DNA of 64,000 bases from positions 1 to 64,000 of IMG/VR virus record IMGVR_UViG_3300028797_000006; one strand, 5' to 3'. The translations under genes and the position numbers were made by a program. Positions 47,395 through 57,966 of this stretch are shown here, piece after piece (position 1 is the stretch's first letter; the number at the start of each line of letters is the position of its first letter). Source of the stretch: a virus (Duplodnaviria; Caudoviricetes). Under the pieces are notes generated by a model. The model had not been told where the DNA came from and searched no databases. It saw only the letters and a program-made list of their open reading frames with translations.

Positions 47395-47801
47395 TATTTA
47401 TTTTCTCCTTCAACATCTATTTCAGAGATATCTAATTGCTTAGGTTGTCTCCTTTTATGTTGTAGTGACTTTATATTGAATATAATATTACTTTCTTGAC
47501 ACTCTACTAATTTCTTAGCCTGTTCTTTTTGAGCTTGTTGGTCAAGTTCCAACTGCCTAAAATATTTAGCCGCTCTATCCTTAACAGAAGGGACAAAGCT
47601 CAAACCATAAACCGGCTCGCATTTACCCTTAAATACTTCTGTGTACCAAACGATGCAGCGGGCAATATCTTTATAAGTCATATTATCAATCAATACATAA
47701 CTGCTAATATGCTTACGAATTAGCGGAGTGACGGACGAAATGCCCATCACTTCGCATATTAATTCTTCTAAATCTCGTTTGGAATATGGTTTATTTTCCA
47801 C
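47394..47801 (-). CDS. hypothetical replication-module protein
   Basis: 135 aa, coupled to the helicase gene. Confidence 0.65.
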   Translation of the reverse strand: MENKPYSKRDLEELICEVMGISSVTPLIRKHISSYVLIDNMTYKDIARCIVWYTEVFKGKCEPVYGLSFVPSVKDRAAKYFRQLELDQQAQKEQAKKLVECQESNIIFNIKSLQHKRRQPKQLDISEIDVEGENK

Positions 47802-48558
47802 TGTTTACTGGTGCGGCTAATTGTTTCTTTACTTCATTAATAAAAGCATAGATACGTTGTAAGTTTTGACTATCTTCAGCTAATGTGAATAATGATAATC
47901 TCTTACCTTTTGCATTTTTAACAACATAATCCGTGATTGCCTTTGATGTGGCTTCGTCATAGTCTGCTGCTTGAACTAAATCAATAACATTTTTCTTCAT
48001 TGTATCAAAGCCATCTTGTGTTAAGACAACTGTTTGATATCTATCACAATTATCTGCGATTGCTTTATAATCAATAATTTTTCTCTCTACTTCTGGGAGA
48101 TCTTCACCAGCATAGACATAAAGACCTAAACCATGTCTTGCGCATGCTTTAACAAATGCTCTTTGAATTGACTTATTAACCGCAGTCATTGTTACCATAG
48201 ACAATGAAACTGCATTATTTCTATTATCCATAACAGGAAGAAGTTCGCATTCTTCTCTGTCATCAATAGTTACGCTAACTTTAACATATGCCGTCTTACC
48301 ATCTGTGAAGTATGGGATTTCATCCTCAGATTCTGTTACGATTGAAACTTTTTCTCCACCTTCATCAACGGTTCTTGTTGTTGTTGTCTTTGTCTTACGA
48401 GTATAGACTTTCCAACTTGCATCTGGGAAGTTCTTTTTAAGAACTGACCAAGCATCTGCCCAACTCAAATAAGATAATCCAATTTTTTCTTTAATTTTAT
48501 CTTTTAAGTTTATATTATTTAATATTTCAAAATTATTTTTCTTTTCTACGTGTTCCAT
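47791..48558 (-). CDS. Sak3/DUF1071-like single-strand annealing protein
   Basis: LSYLSWADAW, LPVMDNRN, NKSIQRAFVKACARHGLGLYVYAGEDLP. Confidence 0.88.
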   Translation of the reverse strand: MEHVEKKNNFEILNNINLKDKIKEKIGLSYLSWADAWSVLKKNFPDASWKVYTRKTKTTTTRTVDEGGEKVSIVTESEDEIPYFTDGKTAYVKVSVTIDDREECELLPVMDNRNNAVSLSMVTMTAVNKSIQRAFVKACARHGLGLYVYAGEDLPEVERKIIDYKAIADNCDRYQTVVLTQDGFDTMKKNVIDLVQAADYDEATSKAITDYVVKNAKGKRLSLFTLAEDSQNLQRIYAFINEVKKQLAAPVNSGK

Positions 48559-48626
48559 GTTGTACTCCTGAATAAAACATTATGCGGCAAAAGGGCCTTA
48601 GAGCCCTAATGCCATTTATAAGTTTA

Positions 48627-49499
48627 TTAAATTAAACTTGTTTGTCTTGAAGTTACTGCTGGAGCTTCTTCAATAGGTTCAGAACTTCCTTCTTTTGCGG
48701 AGTTCATTAATTCAACGTCATGTGCTTTATAAGCAGAGACTAATGAACGAATGACATCACTTGGATATGAACCTTGTGCTGGATCTGTGATTGCTGAAGA
48801 TCCGCCTTGGATGAAGAAGTTAGAGATTTTATTTGTGAATGTTCTTGTGATACCTTCACCAAATCCACCTTCATTCTTTGCTGTTGAAGTAACAACTTTA
48901 ACAATGAAGTTTAAATCACCATTAACTCTGACTGTATCGCCGACTTTGTAGTTGCGGACACCATTAATGATTTCTCTATCTGAAGGATTGACGTGAAGTG
49001 TGAACTTAGACATCATATTTCCAGAATAGTTGGATTGTCCGATTGCTACATCGTAACGATAGACTTCGTTATCCTTATTTAATTTTTCTTTGAGTTCTTC
49101 TACGATAAAACCGCCAATTTCGAAGGTTGCTTCATCAACTGTTGTTTCGCTCATACCACGAACAAAACGTCCGCTTAATTGTTGAGCTGAAGCCATTTGA
49201 TTTGTGCTCTTACTCCAGAAACGATTTTCTCTGATTTCACCATCAATTTGGACTTTCTTACCAACTAATTCACTCATCTTTGAGTATGAGTTATATAATT
49301 GACTGACTTTTCCATCTTTTGTGGTTTGGGAAGTGTAGAAACGGATCTCAAATGTGTTATCTGCACCACCAATGTTTGAGATGACTACTGCAGAACCTGA
49401 AATGTATCCTGCGCCATCTGATTTGCGATTACCTGGTCTCATATCGACACTTGATAATCTGCCTACGATTTTGAATGAGTTTGTTCTTAATAAATCCAT
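48627..49499 (-). CDS. ssb: single-stranded DNA-binding protein (tandem OB folds)
   Basis: NSFKIVGRL...GEIREN...; second OB fold YKVGDTVRVNG; position beside the SSAP. Confidence 0.7.
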   Translation of the reverse strand: MDLLRTNSFKIVGRLSSVDMRPGNRKSDGAGYISGSAVVISNIGGADNTFEIRFYTSQTTKDGKVSQLYNSYSKMSELVGKKVQIDGEIRENRFWSKSTNQMASAQQLSGRFVRGMSETTVDEATFEIGGFIVEELKEKLNKDNEVYRYDVAIGQSNYSGNMMSKFTLHVNPSDREIINGVRNYKVGDTVRVNGDLNFIVKVVTSTAKNEGGFGEGITRTFTNKISNFFIQGGSSAITDPAQGSYPSDVIRSLVSAYKAHDVELMNSAKEGSSEPIEEAPAVTSRQTSLI

Positions 49500-49563
49500 G
49501 AGTTTTCTTTTCCTTTTGCTTTAAAATTTTTCTTTTGCCACAAGTTTAATTTGATTAATTTAA

Positions 49564-49824
49564 TTAGATACTGAATGCTCTACCGGCATCGGTTAAGCGA
49601 TAAGTTTTATATTCCTTATCTTTTGTTTCACCTTTATTATTGGTGAATGGTCTGACAACTGGTTCACCAGCTTCGACTAATTCGTGTTTAATTAATGAGT
49701 TGAGAACTGGATAGATACCTTTAATACCTGTCATCTCAATCATGTCTTTTCCGACTAAAGTTTCATCATGAGCTTGCATAAAGCTTAAGACTCTTTTGCC
49801 ATTATCTGTTAATGTAATTTCCAT
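49564..49824 (-). CDS. winged-helix DNA-binding protein
   Basis: LNSLIKHELVE...YRLTDAGR. Confidence 0.65.
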   Translation of the reverse strand: MEITLTDNGKRVLSFMQAHDETLVGKDMIEMTGIKGIYPVLNSLIKHELVEAGEPVVRPFTNNKGETKDKEYKTYRLTDAGRAFSI

Positions 49825-49923
49825 TTAATTCTCCTTATTATAAATGCTTTTATAAAGTTTGTGTGGCTTCAAATCTTTATAAACTATTATATCATATCTT
49901 TTTTGCTTGGTCAATATTTTTTT

Positions 49924-52131
49924 CTAAATTATTCTCGAGACGGCGCGAGAAGTTAATACCGCTCCCATAGCAGTTCGACCCTTCACAGTAATCTTATTTC
50001 TTGCTACAGTAAATAGTTTTCCTTGTTTTGGAACTAGGTAGATATTCTCACGTCCGCTGTCGAATCGGCGCATACAGACAGTGCCTTCAGTGACTAATTG
50101 ACCTTTATTGCCTCTATTATCGACTGAGAAGTCTTTAACAGAAGTATATTTACCCTTGTTATCTTTTGTAACAAAGAGTAAAATGTCACTGTCACTTACC
50201 ACTGCTGCGGCCGCAATTGACGCAAAGCCTGATTTAACACCAACGGTCATCTTAGATGCAACTGTTAAATCAGCAATAGATAATTTTAATACATTTTGAT
50301 TGCCGTCAAACAACATTAAGAAGTCTGAATCTGAACAGAAGTCCGCGAATACAAGTTCATCGCCTTCTTTGAGTTTGATAACTTTCTCTTCTGCCTTATT
50401 GAACTTGTATTCAGATGCGAGAGAAACTTTGATGTTGCCATTCTTTGTGACAGCGACAAATTTTTCTTTCTTATCTTTTACGCAAGCTCCGATATAACCG
50501 GCAGAAGCTTGAACAGGAGAAATTTCTCCTTCCTTATTATAACCTAGGATGTCCTCCATTCCGTAGGCAAAGACTACGTCTATAAGAGCGCCCACATCAC
50601 TAGGATTCAAATTATTATCAATTCCATTTGTTGTAATCCTATATTCTTGTTTGACTACTGGTTTATCTGCGGTGGCATTTGGTCGCGCATAGTGAATTTC
50701 AGTTAAACGTTCATCTTTTCCAAGAACTTTCTTAATTGTTTGTAAATCATTTACAATGATTTTATATCTTTCGCTTTCATCGTCAATAATATGTTTGATT
50801 TGAGCGAGAGTTTTTTCTAAATCTTCTTTGTCCTTATCGAGTTCAGCCAAATCAAGACGACTCAATCTTGAAAGTTTCATATTGAGGACGGCTTCGGCTT
50901 GTTCATCGTTAAGTTCAAAGGCTTGTATAATCGCAGTTTTTGCCGCAGTTCTGTCTGAGGCATTACGGATTAAGCTAATAAGTTTATCAATATCACTCAT
51001 GCACTTTTGTAAACCAATAGTGACTGTGAGTTTATGATTTGTATCGGCATAGTCAGTCCATGCGACTCTTTCGATACAATGACTTCTATAATTTACCCAA
51101 TATTCAATCATTTGTTTCAATGAAAGAACACGTGGTTCGCCATTAACAATTAAGTTTTGGTTAATCTTAATTGATGAAGCGAGTTTAGTTTTATTAAACA
51201 ATACTTCTAAACATTTAGAAACATTCGCATCTTTTCCTAATGTGATTGTGATATCGAAGTTGCGGTCACCGGCTTTAAGGACGCTAATATCCTCAAAGAC
51301 ATCATAACCATCATCTAAAACCAGCTTCTTTAATGGTTTCTTAATACCATCGTCGATATCTACTCCATATGGAATATCGTGAAATGTAACCAAAGTTTTT
51401 GCGCCTTTTTTCGCAATATCGTAATGTGAATAAACTTTAACACTTCCTTGACCTCTTGTGTAGATATCAAGTAGTTCTTCGCCATTCATAATGATTCCGC
51501 CTGTTGGGAAGTCTGGGCCTTTAATGAATTGCATTAAATCCGCAATAGAACAATCTTTATGTTCCATATAGAATTGAATTGCACCCATAACCTCTGTGAA
51601 GTTATGAGATACTAAATCAGAACCCATACCAACAGCAATACCACTATTATTTCCGCATAAAAGATACGGGAACTTTGATGGTAACGTGCATGGCTCGGTG
51701 CAAGAGTTATCAAAGTTAGGTCTTGTATCTACACAGTTCATGCCGATATCTTCAAGCATAAACATACCGATTTCACTTAATCGGCACTCTGTATATCTTG
51801 AAGCCGCGGCACCATCCCCGAGGATATTACCGCAGTTACCTTGCATTTCAACTAATGGATAACGGAGTTTCCACCATTGACTTAATCTTACTATTGCTTC
51901 ATAGATTGAAGAATCGCCATGTGGGTGATATGCGCCCATGACGTTTCCTACAACCTTGGCACTTTTTACAGTAGGTTTATTATTGTAGAATTTACTCTCA
52001 TACATAGACCATAAAATACGTCTATGAATTGGTTTGAGGTTATCTTCTACGCTTGGGATTGCACGGCTTTTGATGACGCTATTGGCGTAAATAAGGAAGT
52101 CTTGTTTACTTCTTTCATCAATTGTGCTCAT
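49924..52131 (-). CDS. gyrA: type IIA topoisomerase subunit A (GyrA/ParC)
   Basis: DNLKPIHRR, YHPHGD, AASRYTE catalytic Tyr, GPDFPTGG; gyrase vs topo IV not resolved. Confidence 0.9.
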   Translation of the reverse strand: MSTIDERSKQDFLIYANSVIKSRAIPSVEDNLKPIHRRILWSMYESKFYNNKPTVKSAKVVGNVMGAYHPHGDSSIYEAIVRLSQWWKLRYPLVEMQGNCGNILGDGAAASRYTECRLSEIGMFMLEDIGMNCVDTRPNFDNSCTEPCTLPSKFPYLLCGNNSGIAVGMGSDLVSHNFTEVMGAIQFYMEHKDCSIADLMQFIKGPDFPTGGIIMNGEELLDIYTRGQGSVKVYSHYDIAKKGAKTLVTFHDIPYGVDIDDGIKKPLKKLVLDDGYDVFEDISVLKAGDRNFDITITLGKDANVSKCLEVLFNKTKLASSIKINQNLIVNGEPRVLSLKQMIEYWVNYRSHCIERVAWTDYADTNHKLTVTIGLQKCMSDIDKLISLIRNASDRTAAKTAIIQAFELNDEQAEAVLNMKLSRLSRLDLAELDKDKEDLEKTLAQIKHIIDDESERYKIIVNDLQTIKKVLGKDERLTEIHYARPNATADKPVVKQEYRITTNGIDNNLNPSDVGALIDVVFAYGMEDILGYNKEGEISPVQASAGYIGACVKDKKEKFVAVTKNGNIKVSLASEYKFNKAEEKVIKLKEGDELVFADFCSDSDFLMLFDGNQNVLKLSIADLTVASKMTVGVKSGFASIAAAAVVSDSDILLFVTKDNKGKYTSVKDFSVDNRGNKGQLVTEGTVCMRRFDSGRENIYLVPKQGKLFTVARNKITVKGRTAMGAVLTSRAVSRII

Positions 52132-52367
52132 TATTTTTCTTCTTTCTTGGCTAGTTCTTCGGCCATTTGTTTTTCCATTTCTGCACGTTCTTGTTCGGCT
52201 TGTTCAGCATAGATTTCAGTTAATGTTTTACCATCAACTTTCAAAATATCTTCTACTGTTACAAGACGTTGGTTAAGAATGTTTGCGAAGTGGACGATTG
52301 CTGAAAGCGGCATATCTGGAGTGATTTGCACATCTTTCCAACCACGAATTTGTTTCTCTTCTGGCAT
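52131..52367 (-). CDS. hypothetical protein
   Basis: 78 aa between the topoisomerase subunits. Confidence 0.65.
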   Translation of the reverse strand: MPEEKQIRGWKDVQITPDMPLSAIVHFANILNQRLVTVEDILKVDGKTLTEIYAEQAEQERAEMEKQMAEELAKKEEK

Positions 52368-52378
52368 AATTATTCTCC

Positions 52379-54322
52379 TTATTCATCGTCTGCGTCTGTA
52401 TAATCATCGTAAGAATCATCACTATCAATCTTTGATAGTTTGTTCTTTAAGATGAACTCTCTTCTGAGAGCTGGTTGTTTGCCCATTAATTGATTATAAA
52501 GGGCAAGAGTTTTTTCCATATCTTCGGTTGTAAGTTGAACTAAATGTCTGTTCTCTGGATCCATTGTCGTTGAGTATAATTCATCTGGATTCATTTCACC
52601 TAAACCTTTGAAACGGTTGGAAATCGCATTTCTGTGATTTCTCATATATTTCTTGTATTCTTTTTCATCACTTGGATACCAATACAATACTTCTTTACCA
52701 TTTGTTGTTTTATAAAGAGGTGGTGTGGCGGCATAAACTTTACCCGCTTTAATTAACTCTGGTAAGTGATGTAAGAATAAAGTTGTTAATAGAAGGTTAA
52801 TATGTCCTCCATCTGGGTCGGCATCAGCCATAAAGATAATTCTATTATAGCGAAGATTATTCATATTGAAGTGATCTCCAATGCCGCAACCAAGACAAGT
52901 TAATATATCTTTAATTGTATCAGATTTAATTGCATCTGCCAATTCTTTACAGGTTGTATTTAATACCTTGCCGCGTAAAGGCATAATGGCTTGACCAAGG
53001 TTCTTAGTAATCTTGGCGTTTCCAGCAGCTGAGTCACCTTCACAGAAGAAGATTTCCGCGTCTGTGAAGTCATTTGCATCTGCGAGTTTTTCCGGCAAGT
53101 CTTTGAGTGAGTTCATTGACTTTCCACCACGCGCGATTTTTTCTTGGGCTTCACGCTTTCTTTGAGCGGCCTCTTCGGCTTTTTGCTCAATCATAATTTT
53201 ATCTAAAATTTGTTTGATTTCTTTTGGTTGAAGAACTAATTGACCAACTGCCTTGCTACAGAATGTTCTGGCTTGCGGCGAGTTGAGTGTTCTTTTTGTT
53301 TGCTCGGCGAACATTGCGCGGCATGCCATTTTTATTGATAAAACGAGCACTAATCCTTTACGGACAATATCGCCGCTTAAGTTTTTGTCTTTATCCTTTA
53401 ATACTTCTTGATCTCTAGCGAGTTTATTTATCAATGAAGTATAGGCTGTTTTCCAACCTGTGACGTGAGTTCCATCGTTTGGCGTATAACCACCATTAAC
53501 GAATGAATAGATGGTTTCACATCCTTTATCACAATAAGCAAAAGCCATATCTACATCGCATTCTTCTCCTGTATCGAGAACAACATGAGTTCCGAAGTAA
53601 ACAGGATTTGTAATCATATTTAAGCCTTCGCTTTTAATTTTAAGCATATCTTTAATGCCATTTGTATAAAAGTATTTCCAAGTTCCTAAAACTTTTTCGC
53701 CATTCTTTTCAACTAACTCAAAAGTAATACCATTATTTAAGAGGGCGTGGAGTTGGAGTTCTTCTTTTATTTTTTCGAGGTCCCATTTTAAATCGCCAAA
53801 AACGGCCTTATCAGGCACAAAAGTAATAGTAGTGCCTTGACGAGTGCCTTTATATGGCTCGATATCTGGATCCAAAATATCTCCATCAAAGACTTCAAAG
53901 AAACAATGTTCTTTATCTCTCCAAACTTCAATTATAAAGTCAGAAGAAAGCGCATTAGTAACAGTAGCACCAACGCCATGAAGTCCGAGTGATGATTTAT
54001 AGTTGCCTTGACCTTCAAACTTTCCACCTGAATGAAGATTTGTGCACATCTCTACGATTGCATATTCTCCATTTTCTTTCTTGTGGAATGGAATGCCACG
54101 ACCATTATCTATAACAGATGCGCTATTTTGGCTTCTGTCGATTTCTACTCTAATTAGTTTTCCATAACCTGCGGCCGCTTCATCCATTGAGTTCGCAACA
54201 ATTTCAGTTAGAAGATGTTGCATACCTTCAAGAGAGTTATTGCCAATATACATACCGATTGATTGACGAATAGCCTCTCGGTAGCCTAAGGTTACAATAC
54301 TACTTTCATTATAATCGTTCAT
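52379..54322 (-). CDS. gyrB: type IIA topoisomerase subunit B (GyrB/ParE)
   Basis: EIVANSMDE, DNGRGIP, GLHGVG, EGDSA, PLRGK, DADPDG, RFKGLGEM. Confidence 0.92.
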   Translation of the reverse strand: MNDYNESSIVTLGYREAIRQSIGMYIGNNSLEGMQHLLTEIVANSMDEAAAGYGKLIRVEIDRSQNSASVIDNGRGIPFHKKENGEYAIVEMCTNLHSGGKFEGQGNYKSSLGLHGVGATVTNALSSDFIIEVWRDKEHCFFEVFDGDILDPDIEPYKGTRQGTTITFVPDKAVFGDLKWDLEKIKEELQLHALLNNGITFELVEKNGEKVLGTWKYFYTNGIKDMLKIKSEGLNMITNPVYFGTHVVLDTGEECDVDMAFAYCDKGCETIYSFVNGGYTPNDGTHVTGWKTAYTSLINKLARDQEVLKDKDKNLSGDIVRKGLVLVLSIKMACRAMFAEQTKRTLNSPQARTFCSKAVGQLVLQPKEIKQILDKIMIEQKAEEAAQRKREAQEKIARGGKSMNSLKDLPEKLADANDFTDAEIFFCEGDSAAGNAKITKNLGQAIMPLRGKVLNTTCKELADAIKSDTIKDILTCLGCGIGDHFNMNNLRYNRIIFMADADPDGGHINLLLTTLFLHHLPELIKAGKVYAATPPLYKTTNGKEVLYWYPSDEKEYKKYMRNHRNAISNRFKGLGEMNPDELYSTTMDPENRHLVQLTTEDMEKTLALYNQLMGKQPALRREFILKNKLSKIDSDDSYDDYTDADDE

Positions 54323-54527
54323 CTGTAATCCTTTCTTTTAAAAATAAAAACACCTATATAGGTGTTGTTATTTATCAATTAATTAACTATCCCTATATAT
54401 CTAAAGATATTATAGGATATAAATTTCCTTTTGTCAAGTACCAGACTACCAAATTGATTAACTTGTTATTTTCGAATTAATTTTGATTCAAAATGAAAAT
54501 CAAATTAGTTATCCTCGCACTTTTCTT

Positions 54528-55820
54528 TTAATGAATGTACATATTGAATAAAAGTTCAAATTGCTGCCAGTTTACGACAAACAGGTTATCTTCAGCTCTA
54601 GTTAGCGCAACATAAGCAATATTCAAATCCTCAGTACAACTAATAGTTGTATCAATAACGATTACATTCTTATATTCAAGACCTTTAGCCTGATGAATTG
54701 TCGAAGCCTCAAAGTATCCCGCATCAGTAATGTATTTAACTTGTTTGTTAGTTCTACAAAGAATCATAGGTCTATTACTCATAAACTTTTTAAACTCTTC
54801 AATCAAGTTAATTTTGTGTTCAATGCCGTTCTCCATTTTAATACTTCTACCAAATGGATTGACGACTGTTACACTACCACCAGGACCACGAGCGCAATTA
54901 ATTGCACTAGCCCTTTTTCACATAATTTCAGTGATATAGCAATCTTCTTCCATCATTGCATTTTCGCGCTGTTCAAGATAAACAGTAGTGGCATAATCAA
55001 TTATCTCTTGATAACTTCTATAATTACACATTAACTTATATTCTTCAAAGTCCTCTGTCTTATCGAATACTTCACCATCTGCACCTCTAAAACAGAAGAT
55101 TGATTGCCAAGGATCTCCAACGAAGAATTTCTTTTTAGCATTAACCTTTTGGAATAATTCAAACTGCACTTCATCGACATCTTGATATTCATCGACAAAA
55201 AGCGCATCAATATTATTTATTTCCTCGTCATAAGTATTGAGAACATTATAGAGGTAAAGAGGATAATCTGTGAAATCATAAAGTAAATTATCTCTCTTGT
55301 AACGAATATATCTGTTTTCAAGCGCCACAAGAGTTCTCTTATAATTATCCTTGATATCCATGTTCTTATTTCCGCTAATAAAAGAATAAAGAATATCAAT
55401 ATTTATATTTTTAATCTTTGAATGAATTATATAATCATCAACTAACTCTTGAAGAATTGATTTAATTTGCCCTTCTTGAAGTATTTTAATCTTAAACCCG
55501 TATTTAATTGCGAAATCATTAAGTAATGTGCGGGCTCATACGTGGATTGTAGTAACATCAACATCAAAGATACCCATTTGTTGAAGGCGAGTTTCCATTT
55601 CAGCACGGGCTGCGCGAGTATAGGTGATCGCGCAGATTCTATCATTTATGTTCTCAAAACGATAGGCTGAAACCGCACTTAATATTGAGAAAGTTTTTCC
55701 AGAGCCAGCAGGTGCGCGCACTAAAATATTATCACTCTTGGAAGTGACAACCTTATATTGTGACTCATCTAATTTATCTAATTTTAATGTAAAGTTGTTG
55801 GCTCTAGTGATTTTTTCCAT
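54528..55820 (-). CDS. UvrD/Rep-like SF1 helicase (code 4)
   Basis: 430 aa through 2 TGA; APAGSGKT, VDEYQD, VGDPWQSI, NYRS, TIHQAKGLE, YVALTRA. Confidence 0.88.
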
Positions 55821-56329
55821 TCTTCTAATCTCTTTTCATAATCAGCTTCAATATCTTCAAGATGTGGATCGGTTTCAATATATTTGGATAAGAAATCGGC
55901 TGTAGCCAAAGCATTATGCATAGAAAGTTTTGAATCTTCATTTGTATACATATCAAGCATTGAAGTTAAATTGTCGTCTCCTTCAACTTTTTTCTTCATC
56001 ATTTCAACAAATTTATCTTCATATGGTAAAGATTCAACTAAGTCTTGAAAATTAACAATTAAATCAAACTTATATTTCTTAGGCATGTTGCCAATAATAA
56101 TTAAATCATTCTTTTCTTTTTCTGCTAAATCATAAACTTTTTCCGCGCTTAAAATACTGTAAAAAAGCGCGTATTCTCAATTCTTTGCTAACTTTGTAAC
56201 TATTGTATAGTCCATGAAAGAAGGCATTGAAAAGCAATTATCTTTAGCATGCGCAGTTAGTCCTTTATAGACACCTACGCCCATATATGTATTTTTTTCA
56301 TCTAAAGGCATTAAAACTAAAATCTTCAT
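55784..56329 (-). CDS. hypothetical protein (code 4)
   Basis: 181 aa through one TGA; GGAGG RBS. Confidence 0.65.
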
Positions 56330-56331
56330 AA

Positions 56332-56811
56332 TTAATCCTCCAACTCCTGACGAGCACGGACTGCAAGCGCATCAACATAAATATTTCATTTATTGTCTGC
56401 GTGTCCTTTGACTCGAATAATTTCAATATCGAATTTTTCTTTTAACTTAATATAAAGGGCAATAACTCTTCCCCATAAATCTTGGTTTTTAACTGGTTGG
56501 CGGTCAGAAGTGCGCCATCCGTTTTTTAACCACGTAACATATCATTTATCATTGAAAGTGCGTTCAACATAGGCACTATCGGTATAGATTTTTACTTTTG
56601 TAAAGCGTGTTTGAATTGTATTAATGTTTTCAAGTGCGGATAAAAGTGCCATAATTTCCATTCTATTGTTCGTGGAATATGGTTCATATCCTGTCTTTTC
56701 ATCAATAATTTGCCCGTCTTCAAGACAAATCGCGGCCCAACCGCCCATTTCAGTTTTAGAGGAGAAAGCTCCATCTGTATAGAACTCTAATAATCTACTT
56801 GGTAGCATCAT
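56332..56811 (-). CDS. rnhA: ribonuclease HI (code 4)
   Basis: [31 protein letters not shown](W)N..VDALA; 2 TGA. Confidence 0.92.
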
Positions 56812-57265
56812 CTTTTGAGTCCTCCTTTTCATCGCATAAAGTAAAGAATAAATCTTTATATTTAATCGTAAAATTAAAGACATCATTTACTGTCTTATAA
56901 TTAACGGCTTTTTTCATTAAAGAACGACTAGTTTTTATACCCATTAAATTTGAAGGAACATCTAAACGCCATTCACGTTCTCTTCTATCAGATTGAGTTA
57001 ATAAACCGAAGAAAACCGCGCATCCAACGTTAACAATAGATAAGAAGTTTACTATTTCTTCATCTGTTGCGTTACCTTCACCTTCAATATCGACAATATA
57101 ATGAACTGCTAAAGGGTCTTGGGATATAATTTGAGATAATGCGGTTTCAAAAGCTTTTTTAGCTTCAGAAACAGCGCTATTAAAGTTAATCGTAGCGCTG
57201 ATTTCTTTTGTTGTATATTTAAAATCTTTAATAATTTTATTGTCTACTAAATTAATGAACAACAT
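56795..57265 (-). CDS. hypothetical protein
   Basis: MLFINLVDNK... in operon. Confidence 0.6.
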   Translation of the reverse strand: MLFINLVDNKIIKDFKYTTKEISATINFNSAVSEAKKAFETALSQIISQDPLAVHYIVDIEGEGNATDEEIVNFLSIVNVGCAVFFGLLTQSDRREREWRLDVPSNLMGIKTSRSLMKKAVNYKTVNDVFNFTIKYKDLFFTLCDEKEDSKDDATK

Positions 57266-57839
57266 TTTCTTTCTCCTGTTCTTCAACTTTCCTGAGATAC
57301 GTAAAAACAGCGACTTCGCCCCAAACATCATTATAAGCATTATGTGCGTGATGTAAATAATAACCGGCTTCTTCGCAGAGGTCTGTAAGAGTTAAATGCT
57401 CATTGCGCTTCAAAATGCGGCGTGCATTCGTGAATGTGCAGTAGCCATCAATTGGTTGGTCATTATAGGTATTAAGATTGAAACCCGCTTCTGTAAGGAC
57501 AATGCGGTCATTCTTGAGGCCATGACTTATAAGAAGCAATTCATTTAGAGGAATTATCTCTAGGTCATCTTGAATTGTCGCAATAAGGTCGCTTAATGGT
57601 ATTCCATTTTCTGAAAGGAAATTATTTGTAATTGATGTATATTCAGCAAAAGGATAACAAACTTGTTCAGTTACATATTGATTATAACTGCGCATTAGTT
57701 GGTATGTATCAATGTCAATGCGTTTAAAAAGAAGTCCAGCAAATTGAACGAGATGATTAGTGCTATCTTTTGTATTAAAGAACTCCAGGTCTATGAAAAA
57801 AAGATATGGATGATTCTCATTATAGGCTTTTATAATCAT
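57252..57839 (-). CDS. second DEDDh 3'-5' exonuclease
   Basis: IDLEF, HGLKND, HNAYNDV. Confidence 0.8.
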   Translation of the reverse strand: MIIKAYNENHPYLFFIDLEFFNTKDSTNHLVQFAGLLFKRIDIDTYQLMRSYNQYVTEQVCYPFAEYTSITNNFLSENGIPLSDLIATIQDDLEIIPLNELLLISHGLKNDRIVLTEAGFNLNTYNDQPIDGYCTFTNARRILKRNEHLTLTDLCEEAGYYLHHAHNAYNDVWGEVAVFTYLRKVEEQEKENVVH

Positions 57840-57966
57840 TAATAAATTTCCTTTCTAAAATTACATTATAGTATAAGGGTCGAAATTGATTTAGTCAAAA
57901 TAGGATAATTAAAGTTGGATTTGTGATTTAGAAGGATGGGAAGTATATTTTTTTGAGGTAAAATGC

